This document shows positions 1 to 8,557 of a stretch of DNA of 64,000 nt, in pieces (positions within the stretch are counted from its first letter, which is position 1; each line of letters begins with the position of its first letter). The stretch spans positions 69,451 to 133,450 of the forward strand of contig JAYFOJ010000001.1 of assembly GCA_034932745.1 (NCBI GenBank), given 5' to 3'. Below the pieces are notes generated by a model. It searched no databases. It had not been told where the DNA came from and saw only the letters and a program-made list of their open reading frames with translations. A program made the position numbers and the translations under genes. The stretch comes from Erysipelotrichaceae bacterium (GTDB lineage: Bacteria > Bacillota_I > Bacilli_A > RFN20 > CAG-826).

Positions 1-1
1 G

Positions 2-1825
2 CAAAGAACAAATTTACATGCAGCAGATGTCATTGGTTCCGACGTCCAAGAAGCATACAACTTTGCTATGTTAGGTCTAGCGGTTGTTGACGAGAACAAT
101 ATGGTGTTATGGACAAATGATTTATTTAAAGACCGCCACATCGACATCATCGATGCCAATATCATTGAGTGGCAACCGAATTTATCCACATTGAAGGAAT
201 CTAGCGATGAAAACGCAACCGTTAAAATTGTTATCAACTCAAGAAACTATGAAGTTAAGCTTTTAACGGAAGCAGGTCTTTACATTTTCAAAGACATTAC
301 CGATTTGGAAACCATTTATAACTATTCCAAAGAACAGTCTCCTGTCGTTGGTATCGTTACAATCGATAACTATGCTGATGTTGTAAAAACCGAAGAAGAT
401 TTTAATGACTTGGTTTCAAAAGTAAAAAATGAAATCTTTCAATACGCGAAGGATTTTGGTCTTCTTTTAAGAAGATATCGTAATGATAGTTACTTCTTAT
501 TATGTAATTTTGATGCATTGAACAAGATGAGAGAAGATGGATTCTCGCTTATTAACAAAGTTAGAGAATTAGGAGCAGGGGACGATGTGCCTCTTACATT
601 ATCTATCGGTATTGCACATGATTTCCCTGATGTAGTGAAGTTAAATGATTTAGCAAGCGAAGCTGTTTCTATTGCGATGTCTCGTGGTGGAGACCAAGTT
701 GTTATTTCGAAATATGGCTCTGAAATGGAATTTATCGGTGGAAAAACCGAGGCCCAAGAAAGACGTAACAGAGTTAAAGTACGTGTTTTGGCAGATTCAC
801 TTATTAGTTTAATTAAAGGTTCATCTAATGTTTTGATTATGGGCCACACCATGATGGACATGGATGCTCTAGGAGCGTGTCTAGGAATTAAAGCAATGTG
901 TGAAAATCTGGACAAAACCTCGCAAATCGTCGTCGATTTCAAATTGACAGAGTATAAAACCCGTTCTGCATTAACCTCGTCTTTCTCTAGAGATGATTTA
1001 GATGGAATGATAATTTCTCCAAAAGAAGCAGAAGATAAAGTCAGACCAAATACGCTTCTCGTGGTCGTCGATGTTCACATCCCTTCAATGGTAATGGCGC
1101 CGCAATTATTGGACAAAGCTAGCAAAATCGTTGTTATCGATCACCATCGTCGTGCAGAAGAATACATTGACTCACCAGTCTTCAATCACATCGATCCATC
1201 AGCGTCTTCGTCTAGTGAACTGGTTACCGAATTCGTGCATTTCGCGTCTATTAGCCCACGCGTAACGATTTCGCCAGCGTATGCGACAATAATGCTTTCT
1301 GGTATTTTTCTCGATTCAAGTTACTTTAAATCAAAAAACTGTGGCATTAGAACATTTGAAGCCGCAACTGTATTAAAAGAGTTCGGTGCTGATAACTCAC
1401 TAGCAGATGATTTCTTAAAAGATGATTTCGAAGAATATTCCATCGTTAACGAGATTATTTCGAAGATGAAAACACCAATTCCAGGCATCGTTTATGCAAT
1501 AGCGCCAGCGGACCAGTTCTTCGATATGGCGACTTTGGCGAAAGCTGCAAATACATGTCTAAGTATGAAAGCAATAAATGCCGCGTTTATTATTGGTAAC
1601 ATCTCTAATAAAGAAACTAGGATGTCTTGCCGTAGTGACGGTACTATAAATGTTCAAATCATTGCCGAAAAAATGGGTGGTGGTGGGCACTTTACCTCAT
1701 CTGCTGTTTCGTTTGAAAAAACAACACCAGAGGCTGTCGCAGAAACATTACTCAGTGTATTAGATAAGAATCTATCAGAGGCAAGAGCTGATAGTAAGAA
1801 GAAAGATAATCAGGAGGATAGATAG
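2..1825 (+). CDS. gdpP: c-di-AMP phosphodiesterase GdpP (DHH/DHHA1 family), 5' end outside window
   Basis: Open frame runs off the 5' edge. DHH motif (KIVVIDHHRR) and DHHA1 GGGH motif (KMGGGGHFTS) are present. Conserved gdpP-rplI-dnaB order. Confidence 0.8.
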   Translation, partial: QRTNLHAADVIGSDVQEAYNFAMLGLAVVDENNMVLWTNDLFKDRHIDIIDANIIEWQPNLSTLKESSDENATVKIVINSRNYEVKLLTEAGLYIFKDITDLETIYNYSKEQSPVVGIVTIDNYADVVKTEEDFNDLVSKVKNEIFQYAKDFGLLLRRYRNDSYFLLCNFDALNKMREDGFSLINKVRELGAGDDVPLTLSIGIAHDFPDVVKLNDLASEAVSIAMSRGGDQVVISKYGSEMEFIGGKTEAQERRNRVKVRVLADSLISLIKGSSNVLIMGHTMMDMDALGACLGIKAMCENLDKTSQIVVDFKLTEYKTRSALTSSFSRDDLDGMIISPKEAEDKVRPNTLLVVVDVHIPSMVMAPQLLDKASKIVVIDHHRRAEEYIDSPVFNHIDPSASSSSELVTEFVHFASISPRVTISPAYATIMLSGIFLDSSYFKSKNCGIRTFEAATVLKEFGADNSLADDFLKDDFEEYSIVNEIISKMKTPIPGIVYAIAPADQFFDMATLAKAANTCLSMKAINAAFIIGNISNKETRMSCRSDGTINVQIIAEKMGGGGHFTSSAVSFEKTTPEAVAETLLSVLDKNLSEARADSKKKDNQEDR

Positions 1826-1826
1826 G

Positions 1827-2276
1827 ATGAAAGTAATTTTACTTCAAGATGTGAAAAAGGTAGGCAAAAAGGGAGAAACTGTCGAAGTTTCAATCGGTTA
1901 CGCGAATAATTTTCTTTTCCCGAAGAAGTTAGCCGTCATGTTAACCGCAAAGAGCGAAGAGATACTCGAGAAACAAAACGAAAATCACCGTAAAGAAGAA
2001 GAACAAAAAAAGGTTGAAGCAATTGCTTTAGGAGACGCGCTATCTAAAATCACACTCGAGTTTAAAGCTAAGGTTGGTAAAGACGGAAAAATGTTCGGAG
2101 CCATATCTTTAAAACAAGTGGAAGAAGAATTAAAAAGTAAACACAATATTCAAATTGACAAAAGAAAGTTTGTTGATAAAACAACAATTGATTGTCTTGG
2201 ATATTTCAAACTGAAAATTGAATTATATAAAGGTGTATTCGGAATAATAACGGTGCACGTTAATGAGGAAAAATAG
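1827..2276 (+). CDS. rplI: 50S ribosomal protein L9
   Basis: N-terminus MKVILLQDVKKVGKKGETVEVSIGYANNFLFP is typical of L9. Size 149 aa. Sits immediately upstream of dnaB. Confidence 0.95.
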   Translation: MKVILLQDVKKVGKKGETVEVSIGYANNFLFPKKLAVMLTAKSEEILEKQNENHRKEEEQKKVEAIALGDALSKITLEFKAKVGKDGKMFGAISLKQVEEELKSKHNIQIDKRKFVDKTTIDCLGYFKLKIELYKGVFGIITVHVNEEK

Positions 2277-2287
2277 AGGTGATATAA

Positions 2288-3787
2288 ATGGCCAAAAATA
2301 ATGGTGCGCTTCCGTACAATATTGATGCCGAGAAAGCTGTTCTTGGATCTGCTTTGCTCGCTCAGGAAGCCCTTTACAATGTTGTCAGTTCTCTAGAAAT
2401 CGATGATTTTTACGAAGGAAAACATCAAATTATCTACAAATCATTTATAAGTTTGATGAACCGCAAGACTCCGGTCGACGTTTTAACTGTCGCAACCGAA
2501 CTTGCAAATATGAAAGAACTTGAAAATATTGGCGGTGCTAATTATCTAAAAGAATTGACCGAATCGATGATTTCTTTTGGCAACCTTCAGTTTTATATCG
2601 ACATCGTTCTCGACCAATCCGTCATGAGAAGAATGTTATTAACTATACGAGACATCAATCGCGAATATGTTGAAGAAGATATCGAAAATCCAAACGATTT
2701 CATATTAAAAAGTGAAGTTAAATTTAAGGATTCAGTGGCGAGAAGACACATATCTTCATTTATTGATATGGAAACCGCCGCAAAGCGTGTGGAAGCGCAG
2801 TTAAACGATCAAAAGGAAATGTCTGTGTCCGATACTGACGTCATCGGCTTAAATACAGGATATCCGATGCTGAACGCCTTAACGCAAGGATTTCAAAAAG
2901 GCGAAATGACAATTATTGCCGCTCGTCCATCTGTTGGAAAAACAGCGTTAGCACTTAATTTTGCTTTCCAAGTTGCCACCAAAGAAAATGTTCCAGTTGC
3001 TATTTTTTCACTAGAAATGACCTCTGAGCTTTTAGTTAAGAGATTGATTGCCTCTGCTTCTTGCGTAAATTTAAAAAACATCAATATGGGACGTTTTTAT
3101 GGACAAGATAGGCAAAAAGTTGCGCAAGGAATAAAAGAGGTCGCAAATACAAAGATTTTTATCGATGATTCTCCAGGAATAAGATTAATGGATATCATCG
3201 CAAAAACACGCAAACTTCAATCTGCACACCCTGATTTAGGTCTTGTCATCATCGATTACCTCGGTCTTGTCCAATTAACACAAACTAATAGCCGAAATCC
3301 TGACTCAAGACAAGAGGAAGTGCGGAAGATATCACTAGCATTAAAAGCAATGGCTAAAGATTTAAAGTTACCAGTAGTTATTGTTTCGCAATTGTCCCGT
3401 GATGTTGAAAAACGAGATACAAAGAAACCAATGCTATCCGATTTGAGAGATTCTGGATCTATTGAACAAGATGCAGACGTCGTTATGCTTCTTTATAGAG
3501 AGGACTATTATTCCGACCAAAAGAAGAAAGAAATCGGTAATAAAAAGCCATCTCAATTATCTAGTAGCGATCGTTTTGAACTAGTTAGACAACAAAAAGA
3601 AAAAGAAGCCGGAGACACTCTTCCTGGCAATGCTTCATATGTCGAAGTAAACGTTGCTAAAAATAGAAACGGTGCCACTGGAAAAGTTCCACTATTCTTC
3701 TATAAAGATTTTGGCCGTTTTGATTCTCCTTCAAAAGCATGGGTAGACGCAATGAGAGAAGTCGAAGATAGCGTAGCGGCGGACTAA
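2288..3787 (+). CDS. dnaB: Replicative DNA helicase DnaB
   Basis: Walker A (ARPSVGKTALALNFA), Walker B (LVIIDYLGL), RecA-like C-terminal domain. Contains a roughly 30 aa Lys/Ser-rich insertion near the C-terminus. Confidence 0.95.
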   Translation: MAKNNGALPYNIDAEKAVLGSALLAQEALYNVVSSLEIDDFYEGKHQIIYKSFISLMNRKTPVDVLTVATELANMKELENIGGANYLKELTESMISFGNLQFYIDIVLDQSVMRRMLLTIRDINREYVEEDIENPNDFILKSEVKFKDSVARRHISSFIDMETAAKRVEAQLNDQKEMSVSDTDVIGLNTGYPMLNALTQGFQKGEMTIIAARPSVGKTALALNFAFQVATKENVPVAIFSLEMTSELLVKRLIASASCVNLKNINMGRFYGQDRQKVAQGIKEVANTKIFIDDSPGIRLMDIIAKTRKLQSAHPDLGLVIIDYLGLVQLTQTNSRNPDSRQEEVRKISLALKAMAKDLKLPVVIVSQLSRDVEKRDTKKPMLSDLRDSGSIEQDADVVMLLYREDYYSDQKKKEIGNKKPSQLSSSDRFELVRQQKEKEAGDTLPGNASYVEVNVAKNRNGATGKVPLFFYKDFGRFDSPSKAWVDAMREVEDSVAAD

Positions 3788-3788
3788 A

Positions 3789-4541
3789 ATGTATTTTAAT
3801 ATCATTGCAAGCGGTTCAAAAGGTAACGCCACTTTAGTAGTGGAAAAAGACACAATCATCCTAATCGATATGGGAGTTACTTTAACGCGTTTAGAAGCAG
3901 GCTTATCTGAAATTGGCAAGAAGGTTTCAGATATAACTGGTGCAATTATTACACACGATCATAGCGACCACACCGCAGGAATAAAGTTTTTACCTAAAAA
4001 CAAAATCTATGCTTTAGAAGGCACGATTACCGGAACGGGCTCGCATATTATAAAAATAAATGAACCATTTCTTGTAGGAGATATTACCATTACTCCAATT
4101 AAAATATCGCATGATGCAATAAATCCATGTGGTTTTGTTTTAGAATTTGGAAACGAAAAACTATCATATATCACCGATACTGGCTATGTTTTAAACGAGA
4201 CTTTGCCAATTCTTAAGAACCCGAGCTATTTAATTATTGAAAGCAACCATGATATTAAGATGTTGCTTAAAACGAATCGTCCGATGGAGCTAAAACAAAG
4301 AATTTTGAGCGATCATGGACATTTGTGCAATGAAGATTCTGCGATTGCAACATGTGGGATAATTGGCCCAAATACGAAAGAAGTCGTACTCGCACATATT
4401 TCTGAGGAGGCAAACACGCCAGAAATGGCATTAGAGGCATATCGCAAAATATTGAACTACTTTAATATCGATAGCGACTCATTCGTGTTAAAAGTTGCTT
4501 GCCAATGGAAATCTTTGCTCGGAGGGAACTATGAAAATTAA
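3789..4541 (+). CDS. MBL-fold metallo-hydrolase (YycJ/WalJ-like)
   Basis: HxHxDH motif (ITHDHSDHTAG). Size 250 aa. Confidence 0.8.
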   Translation: MYFNIIASGSKGNATLVVEKDTIILIDMGVTLTRLEAGLSEIGKKVSDITGAIITHDHSDHTAGIKFLPKNKIYALEGTITGTGSHIIKINEPFLVGDITITPIKISHDAINPCGFVLEFGNEKLSYITDTGYVLNETLPILKNPSYLIIESNHDIKMLLKTNRPMELKQRILSDHGHLCNEDSAIATCGIIGPNTKEVVLAHISEEANTPEMALEAYRKILNYFNIDSDSFVLKVACQWKSLLGGNYEN

Positions 4542-5010
4542 CCTTTTAGTAATCGGTAAAATTAAAGATTTATATCTAAAGCAAGGAATTGAAGAGTATT
4601 TAAAAAGACTTTCTAATTATTGCGAAGTTTTAGTGAAAGAATTTGATGATGAATCTATTGTCGATAAGCCCAGTAAAAAAGAAATCGAAATAGCTACAGA
4701 TAAAGAATGCGAAAGAGTGTTAAAAACGATTAAAAATACTGACTATGTTATAACTTTAGATCTAGGCAAGAAACAACTTGATAGTAAGGGATTTGCAGAG
4801 TTTTTATCGCAAAAGTTTAATACTTATGGTTCGCATTTAACATTTGTCATTGGTGGCTCATACGGTCTATCAAACAATCTAAAAAAACGCGCTAACGATA
4901 GCATTTCTCTTTCCGCTATGACTTTTACTCACCAGATGACTAGGCTTATTTTTCTTGAACAAGTTTATCGGGCGTTTAAAATATTGAATAATGAGGTATA
5001 CCACAAATGA
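4531..5010 (+). CDS. rlmH: 23S rRNA (pseudouridine1915-N3)-methyltransferase RlmH
   Basis: SPOUT RlmH-like sequence starting MKINLLVIGKIKD. GGAGGG Shine-Dalgarno at 4521-4526 precedes the ATG at 4531, so the track start at 4495 is probably too far upstream. Confidence 0.85.
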   Translation: MKINLLVIGKIKDLYLKQGIEEYLKRLSNYCEVLVKEFDDESIVDKPSKKEIEIATDKECERVLKTIKNTDYVITLDLGKKQLDSKGFAEFLSQKFNTYGSHLTFVIGGSYGLSNNLKKRANDSISLSAMTFTHQMTRLIFLEQVYRAFKILNNEVYHK

Positions 5011-5345
5011 AATATAAAGAATGGAACGAATTAAATATTATCGAAGACAAGAAGAACCCCTTTAGTACACTTTTTGAATATTCAAGTGGTGAAAGATTCT
5101 ATATTGAACCAGTGTTTTACACGAAGTTTAAGGCAATGCTTGACCATCACCCAGAAAAGAGAACTGACATAATTGAAGAAATGAAGAGAATTGTTTTAAA
5201 AAACAAGCGAGTTGTATTTACTGGGTCATTTGACTTTCCAAGAACCAACGCTCCTGACTATATATTTCTTGAACTAGAAGATATAACAAATCTCTTAAAA
5301 ATATTCGTCGAAGATAAATCTCGTGGATCCGATTACGGAGACTAA
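5007..5345 (+). CDS. hypothetical protein (112 aa), translationally coupled to rlmH (ATGA overlap)
   Basis: ORF whose ATG overlaps the rlmH TGA stop. I recognise no family. Confidence 0.5.
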   Translation: MKYKEWNELNIIEDKKNPFSTLFEYSSGERFYIEPVFYTKFKAMLDHHPEKRTDIIEEMKRIVLKNKRVVFTGSFDFPRTNAPDYIFLELEDITNLLKIFVEDKSRGSDYGD

Positions 5346-5350
5346 TAAAA

Positions 5351-5385
5351 AACCTCAGAATTTAACTGAGGTTTTCTTTTTGTTT
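5351..5385. terminator. bidirectional rho-independent terminator
   Basis: Stem aacctcag/ctgaggtt with a T-run after it and an A-run before it, located between convergent genes. Confidence 0.6.
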
Positions 5386-6465
5386 TTATCTACCGGTAGG
5401 TTTCAATTGTCTCATTGACAGCCACATCACGCGTACGCCAAGTAAGATAATAAAGAACATAACGGCGTATTGTTGCAATATAAATCCAAGAATTAAACTG
5501 AGAATAGCTGGTGAGACCATTGCCCATGAACTAATCTTTTCGCAATCGCCGAAAGTAAAGACGTGGAAAATGTTTTTCTTGCCTCTAGTGAGTAAGAACA
5601 CCATGAGGCCCATGAAAACGCCTAGGACTGCGTATATTCCTAAAGAAAGAAGACTTGAGAACAGTGTATTCTGATCTCTTAATGTTAAGAACGATTCATT
5701 GAAGAGATTGGTCCAGTTTTGAGTAACAGCTTTAACATATGCAGCATTAGCAAGATTTGTATGATTCTCCACATCAACTGGAATAATACTTTCTTCAAGA
5801 GCGAAGTGGCTTATTTTGGTGCCAACGGCAGTATGTAAATAATCACCGGTGACATTTCCATAAGCAGTTGTGGTATTTGGATTAAAGACGTATGCCGCTA
5901 GTCTTTCGGTTCCAAGAATAATAACGGTTGGAGAATAAAGACTAGGTGCGGTTGACTCTGAACTTTCTGATTGGACATATTTTGTTTGACTACCAATGAT
6001 GTACTGCCTTGCAATAACATCCTTAACAGAAGCGGTGAAGTCACTACCGGTTTCTTTAGTAAAATACACCAATAAATCATATTGGTCAGTATTTGAATTA
6101 ACGTATGCGTATTGGACGCCTGTTAAATCGTATGTGTAGTTTGTAAGCCACTTATCTTCAGTATCTTCCATATAGTGATGATCATTAATTTCTAGAGATA
6201 TTCCTTTTTCATACATGTCCATGGTGAAAGAAGTAATAGTGTTATCAAAGCTTCTCATCCCTTGAGAAAAGAATGACGATCCGGACAGATTAGCGTTGTA
6301 GACGGTTACTGGTATAACCGGGAGAGCGATTGATATCACGAACATTATCAATGCGACCCACCAGCGATTGTGTCTAGCGCCATCAATAGCGCGTTGGTTG
6401 CTAATTAAGCTACCAAATATGTTTTTTAAATTTTCTTTTGTTTCTGGTTTCATTTTCTTTTTCAT
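5386..6465 (-). CDS. hypothetical membrane protein (N-terminal TM, large extracytoplasmic domain, C-terminal TM bundle)
   Basis: Hydrophobic segments at the N- and C-termini. Family not recognised. Confidence 0.6.
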   Translation of the reverse strand: MKKKMKPETKENLKNIFGSLISNQRAIDGARHNRWWVALIMFVISIALPVIPVTVYNANLSGSSFFSQGMRSFDNTITSFTMDMYEKGISLEINDHHYMEDTEDKWLTNYTYDLTGVQYAYVNSNTDQYDLLVYFTKETGSDFTASVKDVIARQYIIGSQTKYVQSESSESTAPSLYSPTVIILGTERLAAYVFNPNTTTAYGNVTGDYLHTAVGTKISHFALEESIIPVDVENHTNLANAAYVKAVTQNWTNLFNESFLTLRDQNTLFSSLLSLGIYAVLGVFMGLMVFLLTRGKKNIFHVFTFGDCEKISSWAMVSPAILSLILGFILQQYAVMFFIILLGVRVMWLSMRQLKPTGR

Positions 6466-6605
6466 AATTTTTCCTGCTTGTTTATTGTATGGGAATATTA
6501 TCTATTTTACAAATAGAATAAAACTAACGGTTTTCCAACTGTTTTATTAAAAATAAAGATTACCAATGTTTATATAAATAAAAAAAGAGACTAAGTCTCT
6601 TTTAT

Positions 6606-7952
6606 TTAAGGATGATTAATTAGTAATTTTTCCTCTTCGATTTCTTTTTTATAAAGCAATTTGAGTATTATCGGTGTCAGTATGGAAGATAAAATAATGA
6701 GCAATAGGATGAAAAACATAATTCGCGGGTCGATCATATTTTCGTCAATTCCTTTTTTCGCACACACAATCAATACTTCTGCGCGTGCCATCATTCCAAC
6801 ACCCAATTTGGCCGAATCCTTTAGATTGAATTTGGTAATAAGTCCACCCAATCCTGCTCCTACAACTTTTCCAAGTAGTCCGACTATGACAAAAGCAATA
6901 CCGAACATCGAGTATTCCCAGAATTCAGAATTGAATGTTATCGGTGTGGTGAAAAGCATCATTCCAATACTTGCAAAAAAGATTGGACCAAATATAATTC
7001 CGGCCTCACTATCGGCTTTTGAATCAATGTAATCTCTTGATCCGGTTTCTGAAATCAATAATCCGGCCATAAAAGCGCCAGTAATGTCGGCTACACCAAA
7101 ACAATACTCGGCTGCCCATGCTAATAAAAACGCTAATGCAAATCCAAATACTGGTATTCTACGGTGGTTAGGCCACTTCTTATTGAGCCATGAAAACAAT
7201 TTGTTGATTGGTTTCCATAAAAGGAAACAAATAGCAAAGAATCCGACCATAAAGATAATCAAGACTACGATATTTACCCAATCAATACCAAAATCAATAC
7301 CAAATGGTAAACCACTGTCGCCAGTTCCAGTCTTGCTTAACGAGACGATAAGAGATAGTAAAATGATTCCAATAATATCATCTAAAACTGCCGCGCTAAT
7401 TAAACACGCGCCAACTTTAGAATCTAATTTTCCTAATTCTTTAAGTACAGTAACGGTCACTGAAACGCTTGTTGCAGTCAATAGAACACCATAAAATAAG
7501 CAAGAGAAAAGGCCAGTTATACTGAAGCCAGTTGGTGTAAACACTAAAGTATTTAAGAAACCCATTGCCACACCAAAACCAAATATTAATGGAAAAATTA
7601 CTCCTAAAGAAGTAATGACAAGCGCTGATTTACCTGTTTCTTTTATCTTCTTAATATCAGTTCCAAGGCCGGCGCTAAACATAATAATAATGACGCCAAT
7701 TTTTGCGAAGTCGTTTATTCCTTCCATGACACTCGTCGTAAAAATCGGTTGATTAGGAATTAATGTTATTGCTCCTAATAAAATTCCCGCCACTAAATAT
7801 CCAATTACTTGCGGAACCTTAATTTTTTTAAGGACAATAGCAAATAATTTTGAGAAAAACAGAATTAGTGCGAACGGAAGAAGAATCATGTAGGGTTTAA
7901 ACCCACCCGCTGGGTCTGGACTAATAGCCAGAATATTTAATAAGTTTTGCAT
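6606..7952 (-). CDS. cation:proton antiporter (CPA/Na+-H+ exchanger family)
   Basis: Polytopic membrane protein of 448 aa with the character of a sodium/hydrogen exchanger family member. Confidence 0.75.
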   Translation of the reverse strand: MQNLLNILAISPDPAGGFKPYMILLPFALILFFSKLFAIVLKKIKVPQVIGYLVAGILLGAITLIPNQPIFTTSVMEGINDFAKIGVIIIMFSAGLGTDIKKIKETGKSALVITSLGVIFPLIFGFGVAMGFLNTLVFTPTGFSITGLFSCLFYGVLLTATSVSVTVTVLKELGKLDSKVGACLISAAVLDDIIGIILLSLIVSLSKTGTGDSGLPFGIDFGIDWVNIVVLIIFMVGFFAICFLLWKPINKLFSWLNKKWPNHRRIPVFGFALAFLLAWAAEYCFGVADITGAFMAGLLISETGSRDYIDSKADSEAGIIFGPIFFASIGMMLFTTPITFNSEFWEYSMFGIAFVIVGLLGKVVGAGLGGLITKFNLKDSAKLGVGMMARAEVLIVCAKKGIDENMIDPRIMFFILLLIILSSILTPIILKLLYKKEIEEEKLLINHP

Positions 7953-8009
7953 ACAATTTTCAATTATAATCTTTAATGCATTGTTTTCAATGAAATAGGC
8001 ATTTTTCTT

Positions 8010-8037
8010 TTGAATTGAATAATCATTAGATTATAAT
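8010..8037 (+). promoter_or_regulatory. putative sigma-A promoter for ssrA (TTGAAT-16-TATAAT)
   Basis: -35 TTGAAT at 8010-8015 and -10 TATAAT at 8032-8037, roughly 12 nt upstream of the tmRNA 5' end. Confidence 0.45.
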
Positions 8038-8049
8038 GTAAACGCAGAT

Positions 8050-8445
8050 GGGGCTGAAATGGTTTCGACAGGGATGCTTGCCTTGCTTAGGCTGCAGTCG
8101 TGTGGTGACGTTATCACCAACCAAAAATAACTGACAACAGTTATATGAGCGCCAATCGCGCTCAAGTTTGCTGCGCTGCTTAATTAGCTTCCGTATATAG
8201 GAACCGACCAAAAGGCCGGACAGCACGGATTCTAGGGTTTAGCCTATTACGCCTAGAAAATCCGTCATACAAATAGGATAAGATCTAGCAGTTGACAAGT
8301 TAGCTAGGTACGAAAAATTGTTTGGCTCGCAATTCACGTTTTGTCGATATTGTCGGTGAATTGTTAAAACTCAATGTCGTCTAAACTGTAGACGCCTTTG
8401 ATGGGCCATCCTTGGACACGAGTTCAACTCTCGTCAGCTCCACCA
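8050..8445 (+). ncRNA. ssrA: tmRNA (transfer-messenger RNA, SsrA)
   Basis: 5' GGGGCTGAAATGGTTTCGACAGGG matches the canonical tmRNA 5' end. 3' end has a T-arm-like GAGTTCAACTC and CAGCTCC-ACCA pairing with the 5' GGGGCTG. An internal frame GCC AAT ... GCT GCT TAA gives a tag ending Ala-Ala-stop. Confidence 0.85.
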
Positions 8446-8456
8446 TCTTAAAAACA

Positions 8457-8480
8457 ACACCTTTATCGGGTGTTTTTTTA
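8457..8480 (+). terminator. rho-independent terminator after ssrA
   Basis: Hairpin acacc/ggtgt followed by TTTTTTT. Confidence 0.5.
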
Positions 8481-8557
8481 TTTATTGAAAACAGCGCAGA
8501 TTACGAGTGAAAACCAACAATTCATGCTTTTTTGCAGTCTTTTAAAAAGGTGGTTGT

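Noticed and set aside
490-942. 150-aa minus-strand ORF inside gdpP, plus similar antisense ORFs at 2893-3084, 3731-3919, 5898-6080, 6661-7494, 8842-9162, 14558-14945, 16209-16523, 23799-24188, 25215-25484, 28291-28554, 32522-32890, 33707-34039, 41071-41340, 42051-42356, 44079-44590, 45834-46124, 52753-53328 and 56194-56460
   Set aside because: Each is fully embedded in a well-supported gene on the other strand or in another frame, and none has a recognisable domain.
2288-3787. Intein in DnaB
   Set aside because: The only extra segment is about 30 aa of low complexity. It is far too short for an intein and has no intein splicing motifs.
8026-8226. 66-aa minus-strand ORF in the ORF track
   Set aside because: It lies entirely within the tmRNA gene on the opposite strand. 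The tmRNA features are much stronger evidence.
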